A stretch of DNA of 64,000 bases from Selaginella moellendorffii (taxonomy: Eukaryota; Plantae; Lycopodiophyta): NCBI RefSeq assembly GCF_000143415.4, contig NW_003314323.1, positions 810,499 to 874,498 on the forward strand, in the 5' to 3' direction. A program made the position numbers and the translations under genes. The notes beneath the pieces were generated by a model. It had not been told where the DNA came from, did no database searches, and saw only the letters and a program-made list of their open reading frames with translations. Positions 14,182-26,029 of this stretch are shown here, piece by piece (position 1 is the first letter of the stretch; every line of letters begins with the position of its first letter).

Positions 14182-14831
14182 TGTAGCGCATGTGATCATG
14201 AGATGAGATTTAGATATATTATCGCCGTGGATCCTTGGAACCTTGGGGGATAAATAGGGATAAAATAACCACTAAGGGCTCTCTCATCAAATAATTGCTC
14301 TTTTTCCAGTTGGCTTAAGGGGAGAGAGATAAGGTGTGCTACATGTGGTATCGGAGCAAATAGCACAGATTCGATTTCCATTGATTAGTGGCTACTTAAA
14401 AATGTAATATACCCTTGAGCAAGGTATATTCCTACCCCTAAATTTGAAATCATACATATTGGGCATCCATGCGTATGTCCTTCCTCTTGTGTGGAGTATC
14501 CACGGACGAAGGTATCCACCGTGGGACTACAGTATAGGTGGATGACTAGTTGCCTCACATGGAATAGCTAGTCTACACAATAGAAGGATTGGTAAATTCA
14601 ATGCGGAAATGGAGGTGTTGGTTCCCCTTGGCTCAATAAAGACATTGACATCTTTCAAGGGGGGGTGAGTGTAACGCATGTGACCATGGGATGAAATTTA
14701 GATATACTGTCACCGTAAATCCTTGGAACCTTGGGGGATAAATGGGGATAAAATAGCCACTAAGGGCTTTCTCATCAAGTAATTGCCCTTTTTTCAGTTG
14801 GCTTAAAGGGAAAGAGATAAGATGCACTACA
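14182..14831 (+). mobile_element. TRIM (terminal-repeat retrotransposon in miniature), copy 1
   Basis: 162-bp LTRs 14182-14343 and 14670-14831; PBS TGGTATCGGAGC at 14346; G-rich PPT before 14670; TSD ATTAT on both sides; no coding capacity. Confidence 0.93.
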
Positions 14832-16537
14832 ATTATGGTTTGGAATCTTGTAATGTAAGGATTTCCTTCAATTGGATATATATTTCATTTCTTGTGGTTG
14901 GAGTTTTATTGTGAAGGATGGGACTGAAGAATTGAGTCTTGATAACCAAATACTTGTAGTGTCATGTGATCTATTACTTGTGCCTTTGCAGTCAAAATGC
15001 CAAGTAGAGTACACATTTGAACAAACTAATCTTTAACTAGGATGGGTTTTATTACCATTTGCATTTGACCTTGTCATCCATTTGAAACTTGAAGCATAAA
15101 CTTTACTTTATTGAGATTATATAACTCTTCAAAGTTGATCACTATAGAATTAAAAGGCCTAGAATGTTTTAGTGTCTTTGTATATCTAGAAACATATCAC
15201 ACTTGGTACCTTGGAAATTCCTCTATACATATTCTCTTTTTGCGTTCCAGATAGCAATAGCATATGACCTTTCTATTTAGTATACAATGTAAAGCCTAAT
15301 ATGACTCATGAAGTTCCTCCTTGACAATGTTGGTTATGACATTTTATTGTTATGGTTGAAATTCAAAATGTTTTGCAATAATAAATCTTGCTTTTGGGAT
15401 GTTGACAATGGTGAATTTTGGCTCATACATGTTATCCATGCTTATTCCTACCCACTTGATATACATCATCTTTTGGTTTCCATTCAAACCACTCTAATCT
15501 GACATGATTATGATTGTTTGAGGAATTATATTGAAGTTTGGAGCATTAGCTGCACGTTTCTTTGTGCTTCCTAGTGTACCACTCCTATTATAAAACTTCT
15601 GCAAACTTGGACTTGAATTTAATGTTTTTACCTCTAAAAACAATTTGTAATTCATGCATAATTATTAGTTCCTTTGACATATCTTGAGAGCACTGGTTGT
15701 ACCAATTTTTTTATAGCACTCATGTATTCCACCTCAACTTGAGACAAAGGAAACAGATGGGAACAGTTCAAGACAAGATTTATCTATCTTACCCAAGATG
15801 GGAATAGTCAAAGACAAGATATATCCAGGTCTCTTGTGTTGTTTGCATGGAGTTTTTTCATTCCGCCAGACGATTTACACACGCATTTGTGCAAACTTTG
15901 GAGTGGCAATGGTTTTTGCAACTATAAAACCTCCAGCTTTGGGCCTGAATCAGGCCTGAATTCATCCAGATAAGTGTTTTTTAAATACTTCTAAGCAAAA
16001 TTCTTTTGAGATAGATATGGCTTGACAGCGTGAAGGAAATATTTAACAAAAAACAGTGCTGGCAAAACCTGAGTGCCATTTGTTTGCAGACTGATATCCA
16101 TTCCAGTTGAAGAATCTCAGTGCTTCAACCTAGTACACAAAGCTACAAGTCAGCCCAAAGAGAGTACCTTCCCGAAAAGCTTATTGACCTCCCATCTGAA
16201 CAAGGAAGTCCTGCGAACTCGGAAACAGCGTTAAGCCGTTGCTTGCTCTGCTGCCTTCACCTCCAAGTCCGCAACAGCGTTAAGCCGTTTCGCTCCTCAC
16301 CATCTGACTCCAAGTACAACTCGGCCCCTTGCCAGGAAATCAGTTTTCTGGCAATTCTGGTTAGCCAGCCCAGGATCCGCTGCGCAGCAGTGAGTGCATC
16401 CTGAACTGGCACGCAAGAAGAAGATAAGCTTCTTATACTCGGGGATCCCCCCAGATCGCCCTGAGCAAGCAGCTCTAGAGTCTTTTTCTGTTTTTGTAAG
16501 TTTTCGTTGTTTAATCACAAACTTAACTTTTTCTAGT

Positions 16538-17431
16538 CTACACAAAGCGCTTGAACGCCTCCAAGCACTGTGCAATATGAAAGCAGTGGCTCTTGAAAAG
16601 CATGGTATCAGAAACGGTTGCAGGTAGCATGGGAAGCGCGTACTTTCGCACAGCAGTGTCGAAGCTCGGTTGCTCTCCCTGCCTCACGGCCTCAGCCAAG
16701 GCTTTGGTCAAGGGGATCAAGTAGAAGGTTGGACAGGTCCCTGAAATCGAAAGTGTTATCCCTCAAAAAACAGATAAAGCGCTCGAATACGTACCTAACA
16801 TAACTATACCAGGAATTATCTGTTGATCAGGATATTCGCCCATCGACAGCCTTTCGTAAAGCCTCGAATTCTCCTGATAAGCGGCAATTGCCTCGGCAAT
16901 CAGCTGGGCTTCTGGATGGTGACCTTTCAAGTTCCCATCGTAATTTTTGTCTTCCTGAACCAGCATTTTCACTGCAGTGTCCAGCCGCTCCACAACGACG
17001 TCAGGAATTGCTTGCTTTTTGCCCCTCGACATGAAAAGATCGAGAATGGTTCTGCTACGTACTGCTGTGTCATCGTTGTCGTACTGAAAAAGCTCCAGAA
17101 GAGTCAGGGACATGTCATCCACTGCTGATTCTTCATGCTGGTGTGTTCTGGTCACTGCGAAGACACGTTTAACCAGGGATTTCACATACCGAGATCTTAT
17201 GGATGAAAGTTTCAGCTTTCCGAAGGCGTACTCTTGCAGATCCAAACTCACGAGCTCCGCGACATCAGGATTGCTGAATTCAACCGGCATGTTTACCCCA
17301 AAGAAATCTCTGAAGGAACTCTCCTTCGTGACCTTAATGTTGAAAGACCGCAGGACCCCATCATCCCAATCGGAACCAGATTGTTTTGCAATCGGCCTCA
17401 CTAGCCCTGACCTATCACCTGGAGGCGCCAT
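16538..17431 (-). CDS. 279-aa PD-(D/E)xK / restriction-endonuclease-like protein resembling a fungal family; exons 17431-16795 and 16740-16538
   Basis: A 54-nt GTACGT...TTTCAG intron (16794-16741) joins two ORFs into ...IPGIVMLGTCPTFYLIPLT...CLEAFKRFV*. Motifs: SGSDW, ESAVDD, IPDV, LVQEDK and PEAQLIAEAIAA. No internal stops. Confidence 0.8.
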
Positions 17432-19629
17432 GTGCTAGATCGCCTTTTTATTGTTCCAGGCCAGCATTTAGGGTGTTTATTTTTTCAGGACAAAGTCATT
17501 CATAATTTCACAGCATAATGGTTGATCATAGGATCAAATTCTGAATTTTGTTTATATATATATGTAAACATATTTGTATACATATATATGTAATATATAT
17601 ATTCTCATTCAATTGATACTTTGGGGGTTTCAATCATGGTATTTGGTTTGCTCATCTGTTCATGCAAGAGCGAGATTCCTTAGAATATTCCACTGTCGGA
17701 ATATTCTAGGGCGTGAGGAGATTCCAGGCTGTGGGGGTATATATTGGCTAGGATTGTAAGGGAAAACACTTAAGAGTGTTCTCCCCACCCCCTCCTCACC
17801 ATCTGTGGGGAGGATTGATTCCTAGCCAATCCTCCCCAGATTTTTCTTAGTTTTCTTGGTTTTAGCTCAGGGAATCTGTGCTCGGGTGATGGAGTGCGTG
17901 GCTGGGAGGTCTCTGGGACGTGGATGAGTTTGCCCAGCTATACAATTCCTGGTGCCATGCATGAAATCCTGGGATTTTTAGTGTTTTCTTTCTTTTAGAC
18001 AGAAAAGAGGTTTTCTTCTCTTGGTGGTTGGTTCAGTTCAAGAAATGGTGATTGTGGGCTTATAGATCTCATCGAGATACCTGTTTTAGCATCAATAGTT
18101 TCTCAATTTGGCACAAGAACCAGCACATGCAGGCTTTAGCTCACACAACAGCAACTTTGGAAGCATGGCATGAGCTGGATTCATCACTATTTTGATCTTT
18201 CTTGAGCTTATCTAGTAGATCTATTTAGGGTCTTTCTCTAGAGGGTTTGCATGCACGATTTAATGAAGTTTGGAGCACTTTTTGAGTGATTCTTCTCTTG
18301 CACTTTTTTATCTCAAGCATGGGGATTATAACACAAATGGTCACTCATGTAGTAAACTTATTACTAAAATAGGATGGTTTCCCTGATAAGATGTTATTCT
18401 TATAATTGCTAATCTACTTGCACTTTTTTGCAAGCTCATCTCATTGTGATTTATATTGTTTTTGTGTGCGATGAAATCCTTATGAACATAAGATGCCAGA
18501 AATACATCACCACTTCTCTAGTCATTTCATCAATTTTCTATAGCCACTGCCTTTTTGATCTTTTTCCTTCTTCATCCTCTTTGCATACTGAAAAGTTATA
18601 TTCTCATTAGTAGACCATTTTCCTTTTTGTTTATCATTTAAAATTAGTTAATTTTAGGAAAACAAGTCATGCAATCAAAAAATAAACAGTAATAATATTT
18701 CTTGTACCTCTGGAATATTTGTTGCTCTATCAAAAGAGTCAATTTCTAAAGGAGGTAGTGATAATAAAGTTGTGAAAGAGGTATTTCCAATTCCTACACT
18801 ATAAAATCCATGCTATTGTAAAAATGCATTCAAAAAAAAATAAAAATGAAAACAATTGGAAAAAAGTATCTAGCTCAATAACTTGAAGCCAACTTACATT
18901 GTAAGGATACTTGGAACAAATCCAATTATCAAATTGAATGTAGAAATGCCAAGGTAAAAACTATTGCAAACTTTTGCTATACAAAAGAGAAAAACTAAAG
19001 AGAAAATGAAAAACACTTGGATCATTATTACATTTGGCATAAATCCTATGCTAGCACTAAAAGATGAGCCCTCTCTTCCCTAAATATTAAGAAAAACAAA
19101 TAAAATTTTAAAACTACAAAATTTCATATTTACATGAATTTGAGCTATTAGTAAACTAGAATAAAAGCTAAATTGCGACTATGGATAAAGTGAGGGTGAA
19201 AAATTTTCCATTTTTTGCAAACTTCTTTCTCAAATTGTTGCAAAAATCCCCCTTAAAGCCCTCCAAAAACTTGCACGCTCACATGGCTATAAAATTAGGG
19301 TGGGCAAAATTTTTAGATGATGTGGCAATTTAGCCACATGGCATTATTTTATTTACATAGTTTACCAAGTTTTAGGCTCTGGGAAAAATTTACAAAGAGG
19401 ACACCAAATTCCCCCCTTTCCCCCTATTTTTGGTGCTATGTCACCAAGGGGGGGTATTTTATTTCTCCCCTTGGAAATTCTCCCCCCAAGGTGGAATATG
19501 AAACCCCACCCTTAGGCACATATTAGGCATAGGTATATGGCAGACAGTTATAGGAGTAGTTACTAGCAATGGGGAAATGGTTAAACTCTTTTCCTAAGTT
19601 AGTTTTACTCAAGTTTGTACTTGCATCAT

Positions 19630-20750
19630 TTGCAACTTAAGTAAGTTTTAAATGATTGCATGTGTGAACTTCTTAAAGTTTTTAGGATAAGACAGTTAAT
19701 CATCCTAGTCCTAAAATTGACTCAGATGTGACTTAAGTTTATGTGTGAGTGGGTCAGTGTGTATAAAATTCAATTCCTTTGTCCTAACTTAAGTCACCTC
19801 TTGGGCATGACTTATTTTAGGACTAGGGAAGCTTATTGCATCATCTCTACATCGTCTTTGGTATGTATCATTTAGGTGAGAGTTTCTGTAGCAATTGCAC
19901 CTAAAATGTAGAGTAAAGGAGGATCAAGCATAGTGTCTAACAATCGGGAGTAGCAGTTAATGGGAGATGGTGGAGGCAACAGTGAAGTAGTAAGCCCTCA
20001 AACAAATCAATTATTAGGGGCAATAGGTGCAAGAACAAGGTGGATTTTCTCATTCAAGCTCCAGATGTTGCAAATTATCTAGGATTCATAAGCCATTTAT
20101 ACTGCCTCCAATTGTTCAGATTTGGCACATACTCACCCAAGGTGATCAAGACGGATGCCAAAAATTTCATATGGCTTTCCTCACTAAATCAATAGACATT
20201 CTTCTCCACTATAAGGTCAATAAGCTTGCAAGAGTTGATTTGAGTTGATCTAATGCTTCTCTCACATTCATCCATCTCTGATTCATGTTACAGCTCACTT
20301 CTGCTACTGCTTCTTCTCCTCATCATCTTTTTCAGTTCCCTTTGTCACCAATCCTAACTCTAAAGGGCTTATCTCACGACATCCACTTTGAGAACAACCA
20401 TGGCTTGATTTGTTTTTGGAAGTTGAGTGTGAAATAAACTTAGGCTACATCATCTTTTTTGTGACTTAAGACAAATCATGTGAAGACATTCTAAAATATA
20501 AAACTTAAATCAAATTATGTGAGCATATGCTTTAGGGATATACTTTTACCTAACATAACTCAAAAAAAGTTAAGCTAGTTTAGGATATGTATTACCCATA
20601 TATACACTTAAGTCACACCTAAGTCTAATTTAGAATGAGGATGCCCTCACACATCATGAATCTTACATCAGGTGTCAGATTTTTTAAGAAAGTTGAGAAG
20701 TTATGTAGTGTTCACACATGAGGTGTACTTAAAATTGACTTAAGTACATT
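19630..20750. repeat. long imperfect inverted repeats flanking ~800 bp; possible foldback or non-autonomous DNA transposon
   Basis: CATCCTAGTCCTAAAATTGACTCAGATGTGACTTAAGT (~19701) is mirrored by ACTTAAGTCACACCTAAGTCTAATTTAGAATGAGGATG (~20606). CATGTGTGAAC (~19659) is mirrored by GTTCACACATG (~20710). Confidence 0.5.
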
Positions 20751-21099
20751 CCCAACTTAACTTCTAAATCCTTATACCTAAGTTAAGAGGTGACTTATTT
20801 TAGGAACAGAGGGGCTTCTTGGTGTCACATTTAATATGGGTATATGATGTGGCTTGTGGCTTGGATGACTTTTATTTATAATTTTAGGAATGATGTATAA
20901 AAACATCTTAAGTTGTAAAACTTAAGCTAAATTCTTTGAGCATATACTACTATGGGTATATGTTTTTAAATTGGGGACTTAAGTTTTAAATATGAATTGA
21001 TATTGGCTTAACTAAAAAAAATTAAGTTGAGGTGGGAATTTCAGGTTAGGAATAGGCCCATGTGCAAATAGGCTCACTAAGTTTTTGAATTTGAATCAA

Positions 21100-21308
21100 A
21101 GTAGTCAAGCAATCTTGACTCTTGGGACTTCTTAGACTCTCTAGATTACTCAGACTCCTAAGAGTCCTCCCAACCCCCAACCGTTGCTCTGCCTGGGTCA
21201 CTCGCTCCATGCACCACATGATTTAGGCTGCAATACAATACAACATGTCAGGAGTCCAAGTAATCCTAGGAGTCCGAGAAGTCCGAGAAGTCCAGTTGCT
21301 TGACTGCT
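21100..21308. repeat. short foldback (GACTC/GAGTC-rich inverted repeat), MITE-like
   Basis: AGTAGTCAAGCAA...GATTACTCAGACTCCT at 21100-21160 versus AGGAGTCCAAGTAATC...TTGCTTGACTGCT at 21250-21308. Confidence 0.6.
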
Positions 21309-21352
21309 CCCACTATCAAGTAGTCGGACTCCCGGGACTGAAGATGCTGTTG

Positions 21353-22989
21353 AGGGAAAATCTTGGAGACAAAAGGATGAACTTTAGCAGATCGTAGCAA
21401 CAAGGCTACTCTGCCACTTATAAAACCCCATCCTTTATTTTAAGTCGTCTGCAAAGGATTTATCTCCCAAGTCATTCAGTGTGTAGCGCACCTTATTTCT
21501 TTCCCCTTAAGCCAACTGGAAAAGGGGCAATTGCTTGATGAGAGAGCCTTTAGTGGCTATTTTATCCCCATTTATCCCCCAAGATTCCAAGAATTTATGG
21601 TGACAATATATCCAAATTTCATCTCATGATCACATGCGCTACACTCACCCCCCCCCCCCCCCCCTTCAAAGAAATCAATGTCCTCATTGATTATTGACAA
21701 ACAACCCCTTTTGAGCCAAGGGGATTTAGCACTTGCATTTCCGCACCGAATCTACTAATCCTTCCACTATGTATTCTAGCTATTCCATGTGAAGCAACTA
21801 ATCATCCACCCATACCGTAGTCCCACGGTGAATACTTTCATCTATGGATACTCCATACAAGAGGAAAAACGTATGCCTAATATGTATAATTTCAAATTTA
21901 GGGGTAGGAATATACCTTGCTCAAGGGTTTATTATATTTTTAAGTAGCCATTAATCAATGGGAATTGAACTTGTGCTATTTGCTCCGATACCACATATAG
22001 TGCACTTTATCTCTCTCCCATTAAGCCAACTAAAAAAGGGGTAATTGCTTGATGAGAGAGCCCTTAATGGCTATTTTATCCCCATTTATCCCCCAAGGTT
22101 CTAAGAATCCATGGTGACAGTATATCCAAATTTCATCCCATGATCACATGTGCTACACAGTGTATGTTTATAGGTTCAACACAAATAGCAAACTTAGTTG
22201 TAAGTACATGTTTTCAATGCACAAGTCCCCCAGGGTGCACATGCCACCCCTATCCAAGATCAAGTAACAACATGGGAGGTAGATGGCACCATATCTAGTA
22301 TGGATTTTGACTTAGAGTCATTCAGTTATAATCCCATGCACAGTAGCTTTGCACCACTAGCTTTTCAACCAAGTGCAATGACCAATTGTGCGAATCAATA
22401 GTTCCTCTCGTACTAAGTTCAATTACTATTGGGACACAAGGCATTAGTAGGGTATAACTAACCTATCTCACAATTCTCTAAACCCAGCTCATGTTCCCTA
22501 TTGGTGGGTGAACAATCCAACACTTGGTAAATTTTGCTTCACAATGACATCAAAGGATCAAAAAGCAACATCGCTATGAACACTTAGTTGCCACAAGCCA
22601 ATTATCCCTATAGTAACTTTTTTGACACATCTAGCTTCAAACTTAGAAATACTAAAGGATTGATAGTTTATACTTTCACAGTTTGTATCTAAATTGAAGA
22701 TCAAAATCAAATGAGTTTTTACCCTTTTGTTCCACATAAGATTCCTATTCTCATTAAGCTCATCTTAGGACACCTATATTATCTTTTAACTGATGTGCCG
22801 CCCCAGCCAAACTCCCCATCTAAAAATGTCATCTGCCTAGATCAGCCAATAAGTTGCTTGCCTTAAAACTAGAAGAAGGGGCAAAGCCCAACTTCCACCT
22901 TACAAAGTAAATAAAATAACGTTAAAAGTAGTGGTATTTCACTTGTGACTTATATTACACCTCTCAAGTCATTTGACAAACTCAGACTA
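21353..22989 (-). pseudogene. degenerate fragment of the 3' ~1 kb of 25S/26S LSU rRNA, interrupted by TRIM copy 2
   Basis: Reverse complement of conserved LSU blocks: AAGTCGTCTGCAAAGGATT, CCCTATTGGTGGGTGAACAATCCAACACTTGG, GATGTGCCGCCCCAGCCAAACTCCCC and AATAACGTTAAAAGTAGTGGTATTTCAC; many C>T/G>A changes. Confidence 0.92.
21482..22157 (-). mobile_element. TRIM copy 2 (same family as 14182-14831)
   Basis: LTRs 21482-21643 and 21996-22157; PBS (GCTCCGATACCA on +) near 21982; poly-C PPT; TSD CAGTG on both sides. Confidence 0.93.
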
Positions 22990-23252
22990 CCCCCTCTCTC
23001 GTGGTAATACACCTCCCAAACACAGCATGCAATCTATGCGGAGCAAAAGAGACACAGTGACATATCCTTTGGGTATGCTTGGCAACACAAAAAGTCTAGG
23101 AGGGAGCCATGGCAATCCTCAAACAAACCTCACAAGGAGGCACAACTATCATCTACGAATCCGCACTTTGGGGCAGCTTCCTCCAAGGGAAGACCAAACA
23201 CTTGGACGCCTAGAAATGGAAGCACAACGAAAACCCCCACTTTAACCAACTC
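22990..23252 (+). mobile_element. LINE ORF2 C-terminal fragment joined directly to the rRNA fragment
   Basis: Aligns with ~25700-25963 (CCCCTCTCTCG...GGCAATCCTCAA...CAAGGGAAGACCAAAC...ACCAACTCAA). Confidence 0.8.
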
Positions 23253-23489
23253 AAAAGGGGGGGGGGGGTCATGGTCCATGTGGTTGAAGTCCCTGATGGG
23301 AAGTTTAAGGGACTCAAGGAGGTACATGTTTTGTCGCTCCTAAGCAAGTGATGCCAAATCCATATTGGTGGTTTCCAAGTCCATTCATCTTTGCCAGCCT
23401 CACCTCCATATCTAAAGAACTGCTAGATAGCACGTTCCTGAGCAATCTTCCCTTCGTTTCCTCTTTTTACCAGCATATGGCTGGGTCTA

Positions 23490-25990
23490 ATGGTCCTTAA
23501 GATGTGGGAGGAAGTCATGCTTAGTAGACAATGGCCAGACGGTGCCACAAACAACCTCATAGCGCTCATCCCTAAAAAGGGAGGTGACATGTCCCTGCTC
23601 AAGAACTAGCACCCCATCAATGCTGAACACAATGTACAAGATTGTAGCCAAGGCACTAGCCTCCCAAATCAAGCCAATGCTCCTAGAGACCATTAAGGAG
23701 ACATAGAACAGGTTCATTGATGGTAGGTAGATCAAGGACAACCTCCTCATAGTCCTATTGGCACAGGAACACACCAAAGACATGGCAGGCCAAATCGTGA
23801 TCATACTACTAGACTTTGAAAAGGCCTATGACAGAGTAGACTAGGAAGTCCTTCAAGCCATAATGTGCAAGATAGGAATCCCACAGGCCTACATCAACTG
23901 GACAGCATCCCTATACCACTCAGCATCTAGCCGAGTCACCATTAAAGGCACTCTAGGCCAATCGTTCAAACTTCAAAGATCCGTGTGCCAAGGCTACCCC
24001 CTCGTCCCCTACCTCTTCCTATTTGTTGCAGATGCCCTGGCGTACTACCTCGCACAACCTGGTGGGCCGAAAGGGATGTCCCTCCTAGGATGCCAAAACT
24101 CATTACAAGACATGCTACCAGCAACCAATGAGGACCTTCTCTCCTCAACATTCACGAATGACACAGGGATCATAGTAGAGGGCTCACCAGCAAATCCTTG
24201 GCATCTCAAACTAGAGCTTGACTTGTTCAATAAGGCAGTGGAATCAAAAGTGAACTGGTCCAAATTGGTGGGGCTCTAGCTACCTCAGGACCAACCACCC
24301 ACATGGGAAATGGAACTAGGCTTCAAATGGATACACCTAGGTGAGACTACTTGATACCTCGGTTTCTAAATAGGATGCCATTATGATCCTGAATCTCAGA
24401 ACCACAAGGCAATCACAAAACTATGGGACTAACTCAAAGTTTTGGGCAAGCAGAAAACTGTCCTTCTCGGCATGCTGTGTGGTAGCCAACATCCTCCTTA
24501 AAGCAATCTGGTTTCTTGCGTCCTATTGGAACCTAGATCAAAGGACAATCCAAGAGATGAACCAACTAATCAGGACATTTGTGTGGAAAGGTTCCTCTTG
24601 TGTCTCATGAGGAGGTGCCAAAGTGGACTGGTGATCAGTCACATTGCCCAAACATGAAGGAGGACTAAACATAATTGATATAGAGGAACAATGCAAGGCC
24701 CTCCTTTTCAAGATCTTCATGAGGATGTTAATGCTAGGGAACCTTGGAGACTGCTACTATGACACCAGTTCCTCAAGGTCCTCCCAGATCACCAAGAACA
24801 CACATGATAGGACTGGGAACCAGACAAACAATGGATGTTCTCAGATGCCAAACTCAAAATGTCGGGTGCCAACATTTTCACGGGGAAACTTTTCAAAGTC
24901 TGGTACCAACTTAAGCCTAAATTACAGCATAAACAGCTGCAGACCAAGGAACAGTTGGACTATCAGCCAATGTTTCTCAGCAAATGGTTCTAGGTTGAGG
25001 GAAAAATGTTTGGTGAAACAAAAGATAGAGGCCTAGACCAAACCTCTAGGGACCTACATAAAGTGGGCCTACACATGTACATAGAAGCTAATACTATGAT
25101 CCAAGAGCACCAAACATCCAACAATTATGACCAGATCATCAAAACACAGGATGTGAAAATTCCAAACTACCTTCCACAAAGCCCACCAAACATGCCTTGA
25201 GACACTATAGATAACTGACACATCACCTCATCAATGCTATCATTTGTACACTCCCAAGCAAGACCTCTGACCTGATCTTTGAGGTGGGACACATAGGACA
25301 ACTCCTTCCCATCTTCACCCCTGAATATGAGGATCTCCTAGATATGACTACCACCCAGCCTATATGTGTCATCCAGATGGAGAAGAAAACAACATGCATA
25401 GGCCTAGCTATTCTAGAATGATAGTACGCCAGACTCTAACGATTCTGCCACCAAACTCTAGGGGAATTACAATGGGACCCAGCAAAGTAGGAATGGAAGG
25501 ACACATGCAAAGGGTTCTTTCAATATGAGACCAAGCTCGGCCGACGAATGTTTTGCCCCTTGGTTCTTTCCACTTTTATCCAAAAAGTAAGAGCCCAATA
25601 GATCTTCCCTTGGAACCACCCATAGTGTGTGAACCAGATTTAGAGAGGTTGTTGGTTTGCCAAAACTTGCTATTTCATGTGGCTAGCCCAACAAGAACGA
25701 CTCCCCTCTCTCGCGGCAAAACACCTTCCGAACACAACATGCAATGTCTGTGAACAAAAGAGACCAAGTGACATATACTATGGGAATGCTCGGCAACACA
25801 GGAAGTCTGGGAAGGAGTTATGGCAATCCTCAAGCAAACCTCACAAGGAGGCATGGCTGTCACCTACAAATCTACACTCTGGGCAGCTTCCTCCAAGGGA
25901 AGACCAAACGCCCAAACGCTTGGAAATGGAAACACAATAAACACCCCCACTTTGACCAACTCAACTAAACATGCACTCACCTCACACATC
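23490..25990 (+). pseudogene. L1/Tx1-like LINE ORF2 (reverse transcriptase and C-terminal region), 5'-truncated, many stops
   Basis: LIPKKGG, YKIVAKAL, LDFEKAYDRV, QGYPLVPYLF, PKHEGGLNI and a C-terminal CNVC remnant. Confidence 0.88.
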
Positions 25991-26029
25991 TCTATTAAGA
26001 ACTCTTTGATGTTTTCAAGGGATGGATAA

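Noticed and set aside
16120-16500. Coding-like plus-strand stretch with a 17-bp direct repeat (AACAGCGTTAAGCCGTT)
   Set aside because: No consistent frame or recognisable domain; may be 3' UTR of the minus-strand gene
21353-22989. Functional rRNA gene
   Set aside because: Partial, heavily mutated, TRIM-interrupted and not part of an rDNA unit; called a pseudogene instead
23260-23480. Chromodomain-like fragment on the minus strand
   Set aside because: Too short and degenerate to call
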